From Felis catus (Eukaryota), in NCBI RefSeq assembly GCF_018350175.1, contig NC_058368.1, positions 158,970,001 to 159,034,000 on the forward strand: 64,000 bases of DNA. The letters are read 5' to 3'. Shown one piece after another: positions 50,357-63,411 of this stretch. The notes under the pieces were generated by a model. It did not search any database and was not told the origin of the DNA. It was given only the letters and a program-made list of their open reading frames with translations. Position 1 is the first letter of the stretch; the number at the start of each line of letters is the position of its first letter. The translations under genes and the position numbers were made by a program.

Positions 50357-51203
50357 TTTATGTTGATATACAGGGTTATATTAGTTTCAGGTGTATGATA
50401 TAGTGATTCAACACTTCCAAACAACACCTGGTGCTCATCATGACAAGTGTACTCCTCAATCCCTATTACCTACTTAACCCACCCTTCCACCCACCCACCT
50501 CTCCTCTGGTAAACATCATCAGTTTGTTCTCTATTACTAAGTATCTATTTTTTGATTTGTCACTCTCTTTTTTCCCTTTGCCCATTTGTTTTGTTAAATG
50601 CCACATAAGAGTGAAATCATATGTTACTTGTCTTTCTCTGAATTATTTCATTTAGCATTATATTCTCTAACTATAACTGTGTTGTGGTAAATGGCAAGAT
50701 TGCATTCTTTTTTATGGGTGAATAATATTCCATGTGTATATATACCACATCTTTATCCATTCATCAGTTAATGGATTTGGGATCATAGGGTAATTCTATT
50801 TTTAACCTTTTGAAGAACCCTCCATACTGCTTTCCACAGTGACTGCCCAAGTTTGCATTCCCACTAACAGTGTGGAAGGGTTGCCCTTTCTCCACATCCT
50901 TGCCATCACCTGTTGTTTCCTGTGTTGTTGATTTTAGCCATTCTGACAGATGTGATGTGATATTTCATTGTAGTTTTGATTTGTATTTCCCTAATGGTAA
51001 GTTATGATGAGCATCTTTTCATGTGTCTGTTGGCATCTGGATGTCTTCCATGGAGAAATGTTGTTGATGTCTTCTGTCCCTTCTTAAATCAGGTTATTTG
51101 TGTTTTGGGTGCTGAGTTTTATAATTTCTTTATATATTCTAGATACTAACCCTTTATTGGATATGTTATTTTCCAATATCTTCTCCCATCCTGTAGGTTG
51201 CCT
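50357..51203 (-). mobile_element. 5'-truncated carnivore L1 with internal deletion near 50778
   Basis: L1 3' UTR and ORF2 tail, collinear with about 16060-17000 apart from a gap. Confidence 0.93.
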
Positions 51204-51386
51204 AACGCATTGGTTTTAATTAAGTATAATTTTGGGAGGAAGGAAACATCCATTTTCCATTTCCTGTTGTGTCTTGATTCCATTTATTCTTGGGCAGAGA
51301 CTTGTTGTGAATTAGTTTTGAAATTCCTCTTTCTACTTATATTAAATTACATGGAGAAGATAGATTACAGTGGAAAAATATAACTT

Positions 51387-51432
51387 GTTTAAAAATTGTT
51401 ATTGTTTATATTTATTTTTGAGAGAGAGAGAA

Positions 51433-51474
<42 letters not shown>

Positions 51475-51638
51475 CATGCGTGAGCAGGGGAGGAGTAGAG
51501 AGAATGGGAAACAAAAGATCCTAAGTGGGCTCTGCACTGACCGCAGAGAGCCTGATGCAGGGCTTGAACTCATGAATTGTGAGATCATGACCTGAACTGA
51601 CGTTGGATGCTTAACTGACTAAGCCGCTCAGGCGCCCT
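51387..51638 (-). mobile_element. Can-SINE containing (CA)n
   Basis: TSD GAAAAATATAACTT. Confidence 0.94.
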
Positions 51639-52631
51639 GAAAAATATAACTTTTAAAACTTTTAAAAGTTTTTGACAGAGATTGTTAATTGGTATTAGAC
51701 ATCTTTCTTTTCAAGAAGTTGCTTGCTGCTGTTTCATTTGGAAACTATGCCATGGTTAATATGGAAGTGATTTTGTCTGCAATTACTGACTTACACAATG
51801 TTTGATGTCTACAGAGAATCACTCATGTCACTCCCTTCATGTTTACACAACAATTTCAGAGTCTTCTGCTCTGACCTGGAGTAAATCACTTAATTACTGT
51901 TCATTTCCATTTTGCCACCTGTATGTGTGAGGCTGCATTGCTTAGAAAATAGAATACCAAAGGAGAATGAAGAGAAGTGCTTGAAAGTTAGCTTATCATT
52001 GATGTTAATGACTTTGAACAAGTCAATTATACTCACAAAGACTCAGTTTCTTTTTGAGAAAACAGCATCCATTCTTTTGCAAGAAAATGGTAAAGTTTTT
52101 AGGTATGTAATAATAGGTATAAGGCATTTGAACTGCGTCTATATGGATGGCCAACATATTTCCAAGAAATAACTTGATGAATAAGGCAATGAACAAGAAG
52201 TGTCAATGTGGAAACTGAATTCATCATTCTCATTTCTTGTAATTTTACTATCCAGCATATACCCTTGTTTCAAGTATTTGATTATATGATGATTAAAATC
52301 TATGATGAATCAATTGCAAATAAATAAATTTTTTTTGTTTACACACTTGTTTTCAGAGAAATTTGCTTATGTTAAAGAGTTTGTCTCAACTAGGATATTA
52401 TATTTGCCGTAATAACTACTAGGTATAAACCATATGCCAGGGAATGTGCTAGGCCCTGAGAAATCAAACATAATTGGATAATATGGTTCCTGATCTCCAA
52501 AAGTTCATTGTCTAGTGACATCAGTTACTGATACCATATATTTTGATATGAATATTATAAAATGTTAATGAAATATATTTTACATGTTCTAACAAGGTAG
52601 AGATCTTTTGGATTTTTTTTTTGAGTTTTCC

Positions 52632-52794
52632 AATTTTTTTTTAATGTTTATTGATTTTTAAGAGAGAAAAGGATCTGAAGAGGGCTCTTCACTGACAGCA
52701 GAGAGTCAGATGCTGGGCTCAAACTCATGAACTGTGAGATCATGATCCAAGCCACAGATGGATGCTTAACCAACTGAGCTACCCAGGTGCTCCT
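52632..52794 (-). mobile_element. Can-SINE, short CT region
   Basis: Consensus in reverse. Confidence 0.9.
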
Positions 52795-52844
52795 TGGAAT
52801 GGTTTTTTTTTTTTTTTTTTTAGTATATAACAAAATAGGCTTTT

Positions 52845-52912
52845 TGATTCTCTATCTCCCTCTTTCTCTGCCCCTCTCCTACTTTCTCTTTCTCTCAAAG
52901 TAAATAAACTTA
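52845..52912 (+). mobile_element. Can-SINE 3' tail fragment
   Basis: GATTCTCTATCTCCCTC...CTGCCCCTC...CTCAAAGTAAATAAAC. Confidence 0.75.
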
Positions 52913-52919
52913 AGAGATA

Positions 52920-54035
52920 TGCTTTATTTTTTAGAGAAGTTTTAGGTTCCTAGCAAAATTGAATGGAAAATAGAGTTCCCATATACTTCCTGCACCCACA
53001 CATATGTAGCCTTCCCCACCATAACATCTTGTACAAGATTAGTACCTTTGTTGCAATCCATGAACCGACATTGAAACATCATCATCCAAAGTCCATAATT
53101 TACATTAGGGTTCACTCATGGTATGGTACCTTCTGTGGTTTTTCACAGATGTATGGACATGTATCTACCGTTACAGTATCACAGAATAATCTTACTGCCC
53201 TAATAACCCCCTGTGTATGACCTATTTATCCCTTTCTGCCTCTGAACTTGTGGCATCCACTAATATTTTTACTCTCTTCATAGTTTGCCTTGGTCATAAT
53301 TTTATGTATTTGGAATTGTACAGTAAGTAGCCTTTTCATATTGGTTTATTTCTATTAATAATATGCATTTAAAATTCCTTTATGTCTTTTCATGGCTTGA
53401 TAGCTCACTTATTTTAATTGCTAAGTAATATTCCCTTGTCTGGATGTACCGTAGTTTATCCATTCACCTACTGAAGGTTATCTTTGTTGGCTCCAAGTTT
53501 TGGCAGTTGTGAAGAAAGCTGTTATAAATATCCATTATAGGTTTTTGCATGGATGTAAGTTTTCTTTTTCTTTTATTTTTTAAATATTTACTTTTATTTA
53601 TTTTTGAGAGAGAGAAAGCACATGCACCAGCACAAGTGGAGGAGGGGCAGACAGAGAGGGAGAGAGAGAGAATCCCAAGCAGTTGCTGCACTGTCAGTGC
53701 AGAGCCCAAGGCAGGGCTCAAACCCATGAACTGTGAGATCATGACCTGAGCCAAAATCAAGAGTTGGACACTTAATTAAGCCTTCCAGGTGCCCCTGAAT
53801 ATAAGTATTCAACTCACTTAGTTGATTGCTCAAGTGTATGGTAAGAGTATGTTTAGTTTTCTAAGAGATAGACAAACTGTCTTAAAGGTGACTGCACCAC
53901 TTTGCATTTCTCACCGACAATGAATCAAAGTTCCTGTAGCTTCACATTCTTGTCTGCATTTAGTGTTACCAGTTCTAGTGTTTTGGATTTTAGCCATTCT
54001 AATAAGTGTACGGTGGTATCTCATTGTTTTAATCC
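52920..54035 (-). mobile_element. Ancient L1MB-like 3' end (contains a SINE)
   Basis: AGTTTTAGGTTCCTAGCAAAATTGA...AAGTCCATAATTTACATTAGGGTTCACTC...TTTAGCCATTCTAATA. Confidence 0.85.
53565..53795 (-). mobile_element. Can-SINE
   Basis: Consensus; degenerate TSD GATGTAAGTTTTC / AATATAAGTATTC. Confidence 0.93.
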
Positions 54036-55429
54036 ATTTGTTTTTGACTGGTATCTTCTAAATGTTATGGTCTGATGTGTTGTAATAAAGGGATACCTTG
54101 AAGAGGCCAGATTTTGAGAATATTTATGATTTATGTTGAAATTTATTTTTTAAAAAGATGATAGGACTTAAATAATTTTAAATTGAGTCATCAGATAATT
54201 TCAACTAGACAAACTTGATTCAATCCATTTGGACATGCATTTTACAAAATCACATTAAGTAACCCCAAATATATGAGGAAATGTTCTTTTATTTTTTACA
54301 AAATACATATTGGAGTTCCTAGGAATTTGTTTAAGAATACTTAAGCAGTAAGATTTTTTTTTTAAAAAAAGGCTATATAAAGTGTAACAAAATGTTGATA
54401 ATTACAGAATTGTAATGGGCACATGAAGATTTGTCATACTATTTGCTCTACTTTTGTGTATGTTTGAGAATTTTTTAAAACAAAAAAAATCACAAATACA
54501 AGAATATCTAGCATTGGCAACATTTATAAACAATGAAGTGACATAATTAGACTTACATATAAGTAAGGTCATTCAGTGGCAGAATTGGCACTGAGTAGGA
54601 AGGTGGCCATGACTAGTTAGGAGTATGCTGTATATGTTGTAATACTACAAATCTGCAATTATCTGGACTTTAACTGATAAATCATAAGTATGGGGATCAT
54701 ATTTAACACTATGACATTTATGACATCTCCCAATATGACTGGGTAGAGCAAAATAAAAGACAACCAAGGACCAAATGCTAGAAAACACAGTATTTGAATG
54801 TTGCAGGAAGCCGTTAAAGGACTTGAGGTGGAATGGGTAAAGAGGTGGGGAAGAATCAGGAAGTTATGAGGCTGTTAGGAGATGAAAATACATAGTGTGT
54901 TTTAAGTATGATTGGATTTCACAAATTATGTACCATCTTGCTCTAGGCTCGAAGTGTTTTGTTACATGTTTTAGACAGTCCTCTATTTAAATAGTGTTTT
55001 TCAGAGTTAAGAGTTCTTTCGTGTTTAGGATTATATTCTAGCTGTCATAGCAATATTATTTCAACTAAAAGTTTCTAATTTATTTATAGAATAAGAATCA
55101 GTTTTTAGAATTCAGACTCAATATTAAGAAAATAAACTTCAGATCAACCTTCATGTCACAATCATAATACTTATTATTTAGTTACAAGAAACCCATAGTT
55201 AAAACATGTTTTTGAATCATAGTTAATTATACCAGACACATATGATTATTCTACCTAGTACTTTGATTATTAGGTCAATCAAATTTGTTTTCCCAGTGTT
55301 GATAACAAAATATAATTTGATCAAGCTAAAAACTAGAAAATTAATAACCAGTCATGTTGCAGTTAATCTCAGGTCAAAGTCCCCTTTAGTAATAATATTG
55401 ACAGTTAATATTTATAAATGCATGCTCGG

Positions 55430-55640
55430 TTTGTTATCAGACCAAGCACCATACATGATTCATCTTTTTAATCCTTAAAACTTTTCAATGAGGTTTATGA
55501 TACTCATGCATATCTTTTTTTTTTTTTGATAGATGATAAATTGATAGATGAAGATGTTGAAATAGAGTGAGATTAAATAAATTTGCCCAGTTACACAGCT
55601 AGCAAGTGGATGAGCAGGAATTTGTTCCCATGAGGCATGA
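55430..55640 (-). mobile_element. MIR
   Basis: AGATTAAATAAATTTGCCCAGTTACACAGCTAGCAAGTGG. Confidence 0.65.
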
Positions 55641-56160
55641 CCATGAAGCTTGCACACAATGCACTAAATGTAGTACGCTTGTACTATACTGTATTTCCCT
55701 CTTTGTGCCAGGCACTCAGTACATCCTGTTGCAGGGACCTGTATCTGGATCCTAGGAGACTCAATCATGTAACATTTAACCAGGCAGCCTGAGAAGAGAG
55801 AGATTTCACCAGGTGCCATTAAGGCTGTGTTTCTTCTTAGAACCTCTATAGACAGATACTGTAAGTTTGCCCTAGCATTCACTAACTGAAAATAAATCAT
55901 TCACAAAAACCTGTGGGTTTTATTTCAAATTTCATATTTTATGGAACAATATGTATAATTACAGGTATATTATAAAATAAATAATTTGAAAGTAGAAATT
56001 GAAGTGGCCAGTATTAGAGGTTCTACCTTTTTAATAACATAGAAAATATTAATAAGTTGGGTGTTTATATATCTTTGTGACAGGTTGGCATTCTCCCAAG
56101 AGTTTTAAGGGAATCCAAGGATGAAATTATGGAAATAATAGTTAAAATACAACAGTTCAT

Positions 56161-56258
56161 TGTCGTGATCAGCCCTAGGTGATATATGGAATTGTTGAAT
56201 CACTATATGGTACACCTGAAACTAATATAACACTTAAATGGAATTAAAATAAAAACTC
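56161..56258 (+). mobile_element. Short L1 3' stub
   Basis: TGTTGAATCACTATATGGTACACCTGAAACTAATATAACAC followed by AATAAA. Confidence 0.8.
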
Positions 56259-56959
56259 AAAATATATAGTAATTCACTCTTCCTGAATATTGGTAAGCTG
56301 TTAACATACTTCTTTTTCTGAGGCAACAACTAAAGGAATTACCCAGGACACCTGGACATGCAACCATTGAATCTCATCTTTATGATGATAATGATGTAGA
56401 TTAGTATGTGATAGTCCAGGTCAAGTGCCTGTCAGGTTCACTGCTCCCTTCTGGGAAGTCTCAAAATGCTTGCCAGGCTCAAACCTACCTCAGAGAAGAG
56501 AGGGTCTCCTAAGGCATAAGTCATAGTGCTCTGAGTCAGGTGACACTGTTAGGTTAATTATGACTGACTCCTTCAGGAACAGGTCCTGAGGATACAGACA
56601 CTAGGAGCAAGCTACAGGAAGAGGAAAAAGGAGATTAGTGAGCACTAGCAGTAAACTATATCAAACCTGTTCCTAATTTTTCCCCAATATGGACTCAGAC
56701 TTTTTCTACACAGACTATACATATTCATCGATAATTCCTTCATTCAATATGAGAGAGAGAAAGAGCACGCATGCATGGGAGCAAGAGAGCAAACAAGAAC
56801 AAGATAGTGCAAGTTTTGTCTTTCTCATATCCCTTCTAAACGTTAATGTTGTCTTTTCATTTTTTTCAAGTCCTCCTCATTTTTTTAGGGCCAACTCAGT
56901 TCTTCTTATATATAAAGTTTGCAGCAATGGCTTTGATTCTTAGATGTACTAAAGTCACC

Positions 56960-57670
56960 TCAAAGTTGACAATGATCCACATGTCCTAATCTCCTCTCCA
57001 ATAAAGTTTTTTTTTTTTATAGTTTTTCCATCTGTGTTGACAACAACTCCCATTGTTCTATTTTCCAAGGTCCTAAACCTTGAGGATCAGCCTTGATGGC
57101 TCTTTTACTCTTATATTTTGTATTCAACCAACTGTGAGCACTTTTTTCAAAGTATTTTTGGGATAGAAGAATTTTTTTTTACCACCTTCACTGCCACTAC
57201 TCTGGTGAAAGGGTCTACTATCACTTACCTACATTACTGCCATAATTTCCTAATTCTTCCTTTTCTACTCACCGCCTTCAGCAGACAGTATGTTTTAGTT
57301 AAAATGTGAGTCAAGGTGTGTCAGGTTCTGTCACTCTTCTGCTCAGCACCATCTAATGGTTTCTTAATCAGAGGAAAGTTTAAAGTCCTTTAATGGCCTA
57401 TATGGCCCTACACAATCTGTGTCTTGCCACCTGCCTCTTAATTTCTCTTATATTAACACTTTGTCCATTCCTTAATTCTTTGCTCCAGTCATACTGGTTT
57501 TTGTTAGGTTTGTTTGTTTGTTTGTTTTATTCTGTGAATGTGCGTGGGAGATTGTCTCTACCTGAAACTTTTTTTCAAGAAGAAGAGTTTGTTATTTCCC
57601 AAGTCACTCCCTAGGGAAATCTTTCCCTGGCATTATTTTTCTACATTGCACTTTGACCATCATACTATAT
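56960..57670 (+). mobile_element. L2 relic
   Basis: GTCACTCTTCTGCTCAG...AAAGTCCTTTAATGGCCTA...CTCCAGTCATACTGG. Confidence 0.65.
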
Positions 57671-57687
57671 ATTTTACTTAGTATTTC

Positions 57688-57900
57688 AAATTTTCTTTAA
57701 CGTTTATTTATTTTTGAGACAGAGAGAGACAGAGCACGAATGGGGAAGGGGCAGAGAGAGAGGGAGACACAGAATCTGAAGCAGTTCCAGGCTCTGAGCT
57801 GTCAGCACAGAGCCCGACGCGGGGCTCGAACTCACAGATGGTGAGATCATGACCTGAGCTGAAGTTGGAAGTTCAACCGACTGAGCCACCCAGGCACCCC
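57688..57900 (-). mobile_element. Can-SINE
   Basis: 17-bp TSD ATTTTACTTAGTATTTC. Confidence 0.97.
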
Positions 57901-58476
57901 AATTTTACTTAGTATTTCTAAGTAATAGAATCAAGGGTGATTTATATTTTTTATAACTTCTACATTTTCTCAATATTAAACACTGAGCACATTCAAAGGA
58001 ACAAAGAATTGCCATGGGCTGAGTCAGGAAAAGGCTCATGAGGGAGGAAAGACTTAAGCTGTATCCTGTAGGCTTAGTAGGGTGGACTGGAAGATGGGGA
58101 GAGAGCATGCTAGGTCATAATAAAACATGCACAAAAGGTGGAGGGTACTTTGTACATATTTTGGAGGTGTGAGGAAAACAACCAGGCTAGTCTCTTTTGT
58201 CACCAAACTGTTGAGTGTGTAATTGGGAACAGATTATACAGGATTTAGGAGTGTGATTTTAGTCATGTGTGTCTTTTAGATAGAAGAATGCCTTGCAGAA
58301 AGCCATAACACAATTATTTTCCTAAATTCTTCTAGCCTTTTCTTTCTAATATTCCCATGTAATTCTTTGTCTTCTTAGAAAGAATTTATGTACATCTTTC
58401 AGTACTTTAATTCTCCCAAATAACTTATTTTATGCTATGGTAGAAAAATGTACATTTCAACAAAGTGACAAAAATA

Positions 58477-58683
58477 TTTTTTTTTAAGTTTATTTCTTTT
58501 GAGAGAGAGATGGAGAGAGTGAGTGGGAAGGGGCATAGAGAGAGGAAAAGAGAGAATCCCAACTAGGCTCTGGCACTGTCCGCTCAGAGCCCAATGTAGG
58601 GCTCAAACCCACGAACTGTGAGATCATGACTTGAGCTGAAATCCAGAATCAGACGTTTAACTGACTGAGCCACCAGGTACCCC
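58477..58683 (-). mobile_element. Can-SINE
   Basis: Consensus in reverse. Confidence 0.93.
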
Positions 58684-59970
58684 ATCACAATTATCTGTTT
58701 CTATCAAGCCCTAATTTTCTAGCCATTTCAAGTGGATTTTTCTTTAAATATTTTTAAATAGAATGACAGAACATTGATATAAAAATATCAATCTGGAAAT
58801 AAAACTTTGCAGACTTATAAATACAAATAATAGTAATATTTTACTTTGTCTGAAGAAGTGTTAAATGATTTCTATTGTAAATGATTATGTTAATTTTTCT
58901 TAGCCTAATTTGTATCACTTATGTAATTGTGGGCAGAAGATACCACCTTCAAAACATATCTGTCATCCTATATAAATGTGCCTTTCCCGTGTGTAACATG
59001 CTTATAATTTCAGCACTTGGCTAGGTCAGTTAAGGTCAGGTCAGCTCTTCATATTGAAATGAGGGAGGATGAAACAGAAATACCTCCATGCTATTAAAAT
59101 CTGCTCTGCCAACTCTGATCTGAAACCTTTCAAGGAAGAGGGCACCAGACATGATACAAAACTTATTTAAATTGGTTAATTTTTTATCAGAAGACAAATA
59201 ATATGGCTGGAGAAAAGACCATTTCAAAAAATTTTACATGGTAAAATAAGCATAGCATTTTCAAAGACAGATTTGAAATTTTTTTGAGAGGTGGACAGAG
59301 AGTATTATAGGCTTAAAAAAAGAGGATATTAGCACAAATTCAAACACACAGAATATCACTGAGCAAGATATGATTTGAGATCTTTATTCTCTTACTGAAA
59401 ATTCAGCCTATTCATAATATTTCTAATGATTTTCTGAGAGTGCCTTCATGCAGAGAACTCAGTTATTTTTCATGCAAGATGTACACTTCTGCCCTTTGGA
59501 TTTACGGAATGGAATAACAACTAAATGTTAATTTAATGGATTCACTTGGGTTTCTGGGAGATTCTTCCTTTTTAACATAACAGAGAGTACAAACATGGGT
59601 ATAACAAGCCCAGCACTTTAATGTAGGGTGGTGTAGTCTCAAATTAAAACACTCAGTGGAATATAAACTTAAGAAAAAAGAAAAAAATAATTTAGAAGAA
59701 TGGTTGTTTTATAACATTTCTCAATCATGAGGAACTGTAATGGAACTGGGTTTGAGTGTATGGTAGTGAGGAATCACGGTGGGACTCACCTTAGAATCAG
59801 GGTCCAGTGGATCAGAGAAATGGGCCAGGTGTAGTCACATAACTTAAAATTATTCTAAGTTATTTTACAATTACAGAAGAAACTGCTTCTGGAAATCACA
59901 GTAGCTTCAGTAAGATCTATTGTTCCAGATGTACACATTCCATTTTGTGAATATAAATTATAGAATTTTT

Positions 59971-60195
59971 GGGGCGCCTGGGTGGCGCAGTGGGTTAAGC
60001 GTCCGACTTCAGCCAGGTCACGATCTCGCGGTCCGTGAGTTCGAGCCCCGCGTCAGGCTCTGGGCTGATGGCTCAGAGCCTGGAGCCTGTTTCTGATTCT
60101 GTGTCTCCCTCTCTCTCTGCCCCTCCCCTGTTCATGTTCTGTCTCTCTCTGTCCCAAAAATAAATAAACGTTGAAAAAAAATTAAAAAAAAATAA
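59971..60195 (+). mobile_element. Young Can-SINE
   Basis: 18-bp TSD ATAAATTATAGAATTTTT. Confidence 0.98.
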
Positions 60196-61218
60196 ATAAA
60201 TTATAGAATTTTTGTCAACTGCACTGTCCCCTCCCTTTCCTTTCTTCTTTTTCAGTACCTCATCCTTTACCTTACACCCTCTTTCAACTGCACTGGTATC
60301 CATTCTTTCAAAGTCTATCTTTTGTCTCCCTCTACCCTATTTTGTACATCCGCAACTCTCTTGATCCCATGTCCCCACTTTAATTTAGCAACTGTGTTTA
60401 TCTTCTGTCTCCAGCTTAGACTGAACATCCAGATTCTGATGTGCAATGTTTTTAAAACTTCTAAACCCTGCCTCCTGCGTTGGTGCTCTGGTAAGAGCTG
60501 TTAAACTGCCTTCGGTTTGTACCGTAGCTCAGCAAGACCCTGACAGCATATCAGCATTAGTTGCTAGTGTCCCCTTCCTAATAGAAACTTCTTCCTTCAC
60601 CATAGAAAACACCCAGTGGATGGATAACAGCAGCAACCAAGGGTCCATACGCAACAGATAAATAACACACACAAGTTTACTCTCTTGAAAAATCAGTTAC
60701 AAGAATGAAGTTTTTAAATATGTTGGGGTAGTATTTTCATGTATGGGTTACATTTTTTTCTTCGAATTTCCTGTTACTTGATGATAATTTCTGCATTTAG
60801 GAAGGTAGACTCACAGAAGCATTACTCATGAAAGAGTAGAACTGCAGGAAGAAAAGAGTCAATTTTGGCTTTTGAGTTTCAAAATTTATATTTTGTGTCT
60901 CATGGCAAGATAAATATTTGAATTTCAAAAGCCTAGGAAACAGCAGCTAAGCTTTCCATTCTGAAGAATAAAGAACCCATTGCCCTACCTTCAGATTAGA
61001 TAAAGGCTCTATGGACTAGGGATTAGTGAAAAAAAACAAAAGGAAATATTTGATGCAAGAGGGCTTCTGAGCCCTGACCTATCACATACTTCTCATTACT
61101 ATTGTATTTGGGGGGATTGAAGGCTTAGGGAATTATGGATGGTTGAGACCTGAAAGGATCTGTGGCTTTGCCTACCTGGGTAGAATCCACTAGCTGAACA
61201 GAACCCATAGTCCCCTAG

Positions 61219-61370
61219 TAGGATGACCATATAATTTAATCATCAAAACCAGGACCTTTGTGGAAGTGAAAGTGATCTGAGCAAATGCTAAATGTGATGG
61301 AATACCTGGACAATAGGTATTCAATACCTATAGAACAATAGGACAATCAACCAGGACTTATGGTAACCTA
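61219..61370. mobile_element. hAT-Blackjack MITE (MER94/MER81-like)
   Basis: TIRs TAGGATGACCATA / TATGGTAACCTA with internal CCAGGAC motifs. Confidence 0.65.
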
Positions 61371-61399
61371 TTAATAATATGAAGTAGCATAAAAATTGT

Positions 61400-61636
61400 C
61401 TCTACTGTAGACCAAAAGTGCAGTAGTGGTTACCAGGGACCAGAGGAAGGTGGAAATGGGTAGTTATAACTTACTGGACACAGTTTCAGTTTGGAATGAT
61501 GAAAGCTCTGGAGAGGGATAGTGTTGATGGTTGCCAAAGAATGTGAATGTGTTTAATGCCACTAATTTATACATTTACAAATGGTTTAAATGGCAAAAGT
61601 AAATTTTATTTATGTATATTTTTGCCACAATAAGAA
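61400..61636 (+). mobile_element. Ancient L1MB-like 3' end
   Basis: GTGGTTACCAGGG...GTTTCAGTTTGGAATGATGAAAG...TTTAATGCCACT...TTTGCCACAATAA. Confidence 0.85.
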
Positions 61637-62899
61637 AATATTGCTGAAAAACAGTCTCATAATGGTTATTTAGGTTGATGGGCCTGAAGAAGACACACCA
61701 TATTTTTGTGTAGCTAAAAGGATGAAGAATGTTCTCACGTACCTGAGAATGGCAAAAATGTGGCATTGAGAACTGGAGAACCCCAAGACAGATCGAGGAG
61801 GAAGCCTTTGAGCAGCACAGACCATAGGCTAAAGACCTGATGGGAATAAGAACTTAAGTCCCAAGTTAGAAAAATATATACCAACTCTGTCCATACTGCT
61901 ATCAGTGGTATATATTTGTTGAACAAACATATATACTAATTTTAGGAAGCATTTTGAAATTGTGAGTGTTTTTTGGAACCCACATGCTAGACATAACACA
62001 TCTGTCCTGTCATCTCACTTTATTTTGGGATCGTGGCAACTTCCTAAGCAAGTGCTGTTGCTTGCAAAGAAGTGTGCTCACCCTTCAGTCCAGCTACAGT
62101 ATTCAACAAGAGGAAAGATTGATCTGCAGGCTTCTGATAAGGTATAAATTCCACATTTCTTTCCCCATCGATACAGTCTTTCTCCAAAACCATGATGTTC
62201 TGAACTTACCAGAACTATGACGGGGCTAGAGCTAAAAAGAGTATGTTGTTCTAATTAAATTCAAGTGGCCTGGCAAGCAGAGGATTTTCTTTCAAACTAA
62301 ATTTGCTACTAGGTGGTCTTTGAAGATATTGCGAATATATTAGAGATTTCAAATTAGTTCCATATTCTCAAGTTGGTTGTGTGAAATGAAAATGATTTCC
62401 AATATTTTTTCTCAGCTCTTTTCAGTGAAAGATTTGGTAAAAAGCTGTGTCTTTCATGAAGCTGGGGAATAGTTTACATCCAATTAAAGAAATAGCATAG
62501 TTACTGTTATCAATACATGATTAGATTTTGCATATACATAAAATTGACATTTATTTCTTCTGTGCTTTCTTTTTAGACAATGAACTTTGGATTTCAGTTT
62601 TTATTCTATTCCTTATTGTTACATATTTATTTTCATAGCAATTTTTGTCTTGTAGAAACTTACATTTTCATTCATTGTTCAAGTTATTTGCAAGCATTAG
62701 GTAAATCATGTAAAATACAACAGGGTGGACATTTTCTTTTCAGCTGTGCTTTATTCTCTTTACAGAATTAAGTTTGCTTTTTTTAATGTAACAAAAAACT
62801 GACAATATGTCAGATTTAGAAAGGATCTTCAAAGTCAACTAGTTCTGTTCACCTCACATGCAAATCCTCCTTAAAACAGAACCCAGGCCATAAGAATTT

Positions 62900-63015
62900 G
62901 GAACTTTGGTACTCAGGGGCTATCTAACTTTGGGCCCTCATGGCTTATGGAAATGTTTTCTCATCTGTAGAATGTGGATGATTACAGTGACCTCACAGAG
63001 TAGATGTGGTAGAGT
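62900..63015 (+). mobile_element. MIR fragment
   Basis: TTTTCTCATCTGTAGAATG...ACCTCACAGAG. Confidence 0.5.
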
Positions 63016-63089
63016 TATTTGCTTTGCAAAATCCTTTTCATTTATATATAATTAGCAAAATTTCTGCAAGAGGGTTTACGTTTGGAAAT

Positions 63090-63215
63090 TTTATCTAACT
63101 GACAAGTATGATTGTATCCATTTAAGAGTTGTACATGATGATTTGATATACATATATATTGTGGAATGATTATCAAGATTAAGATAATTAATATAACCAT
63201 CTTTTCACAGCTAAC

Positions 63216-63253
<38 letters not shown>

Positions 63254-63411
63254 TAAGAATGCTTAGGATCTTCTCTTTGCAAATGACTCAGGGAGAGGGA
63301 AATGAGAAGATACAGATCAAAAAGTATAAACTTTAGTTCTAAAAAGAATAAAATGTAAGGATACAATAAACAGCAAGGTGACTGTAGTTAATAATATGGT
63401 ATTGTATAATT
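63090..63411 (-). mobile_element. L1MA-like 3' end with 5' inversion; contains (GT)n at 63218-63252
   Basis: 63090-63283 is the terminal segment on the minus strand; 63284-63411 is the adjacent upstream segment on the plus strand. Confidence 0.8.
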
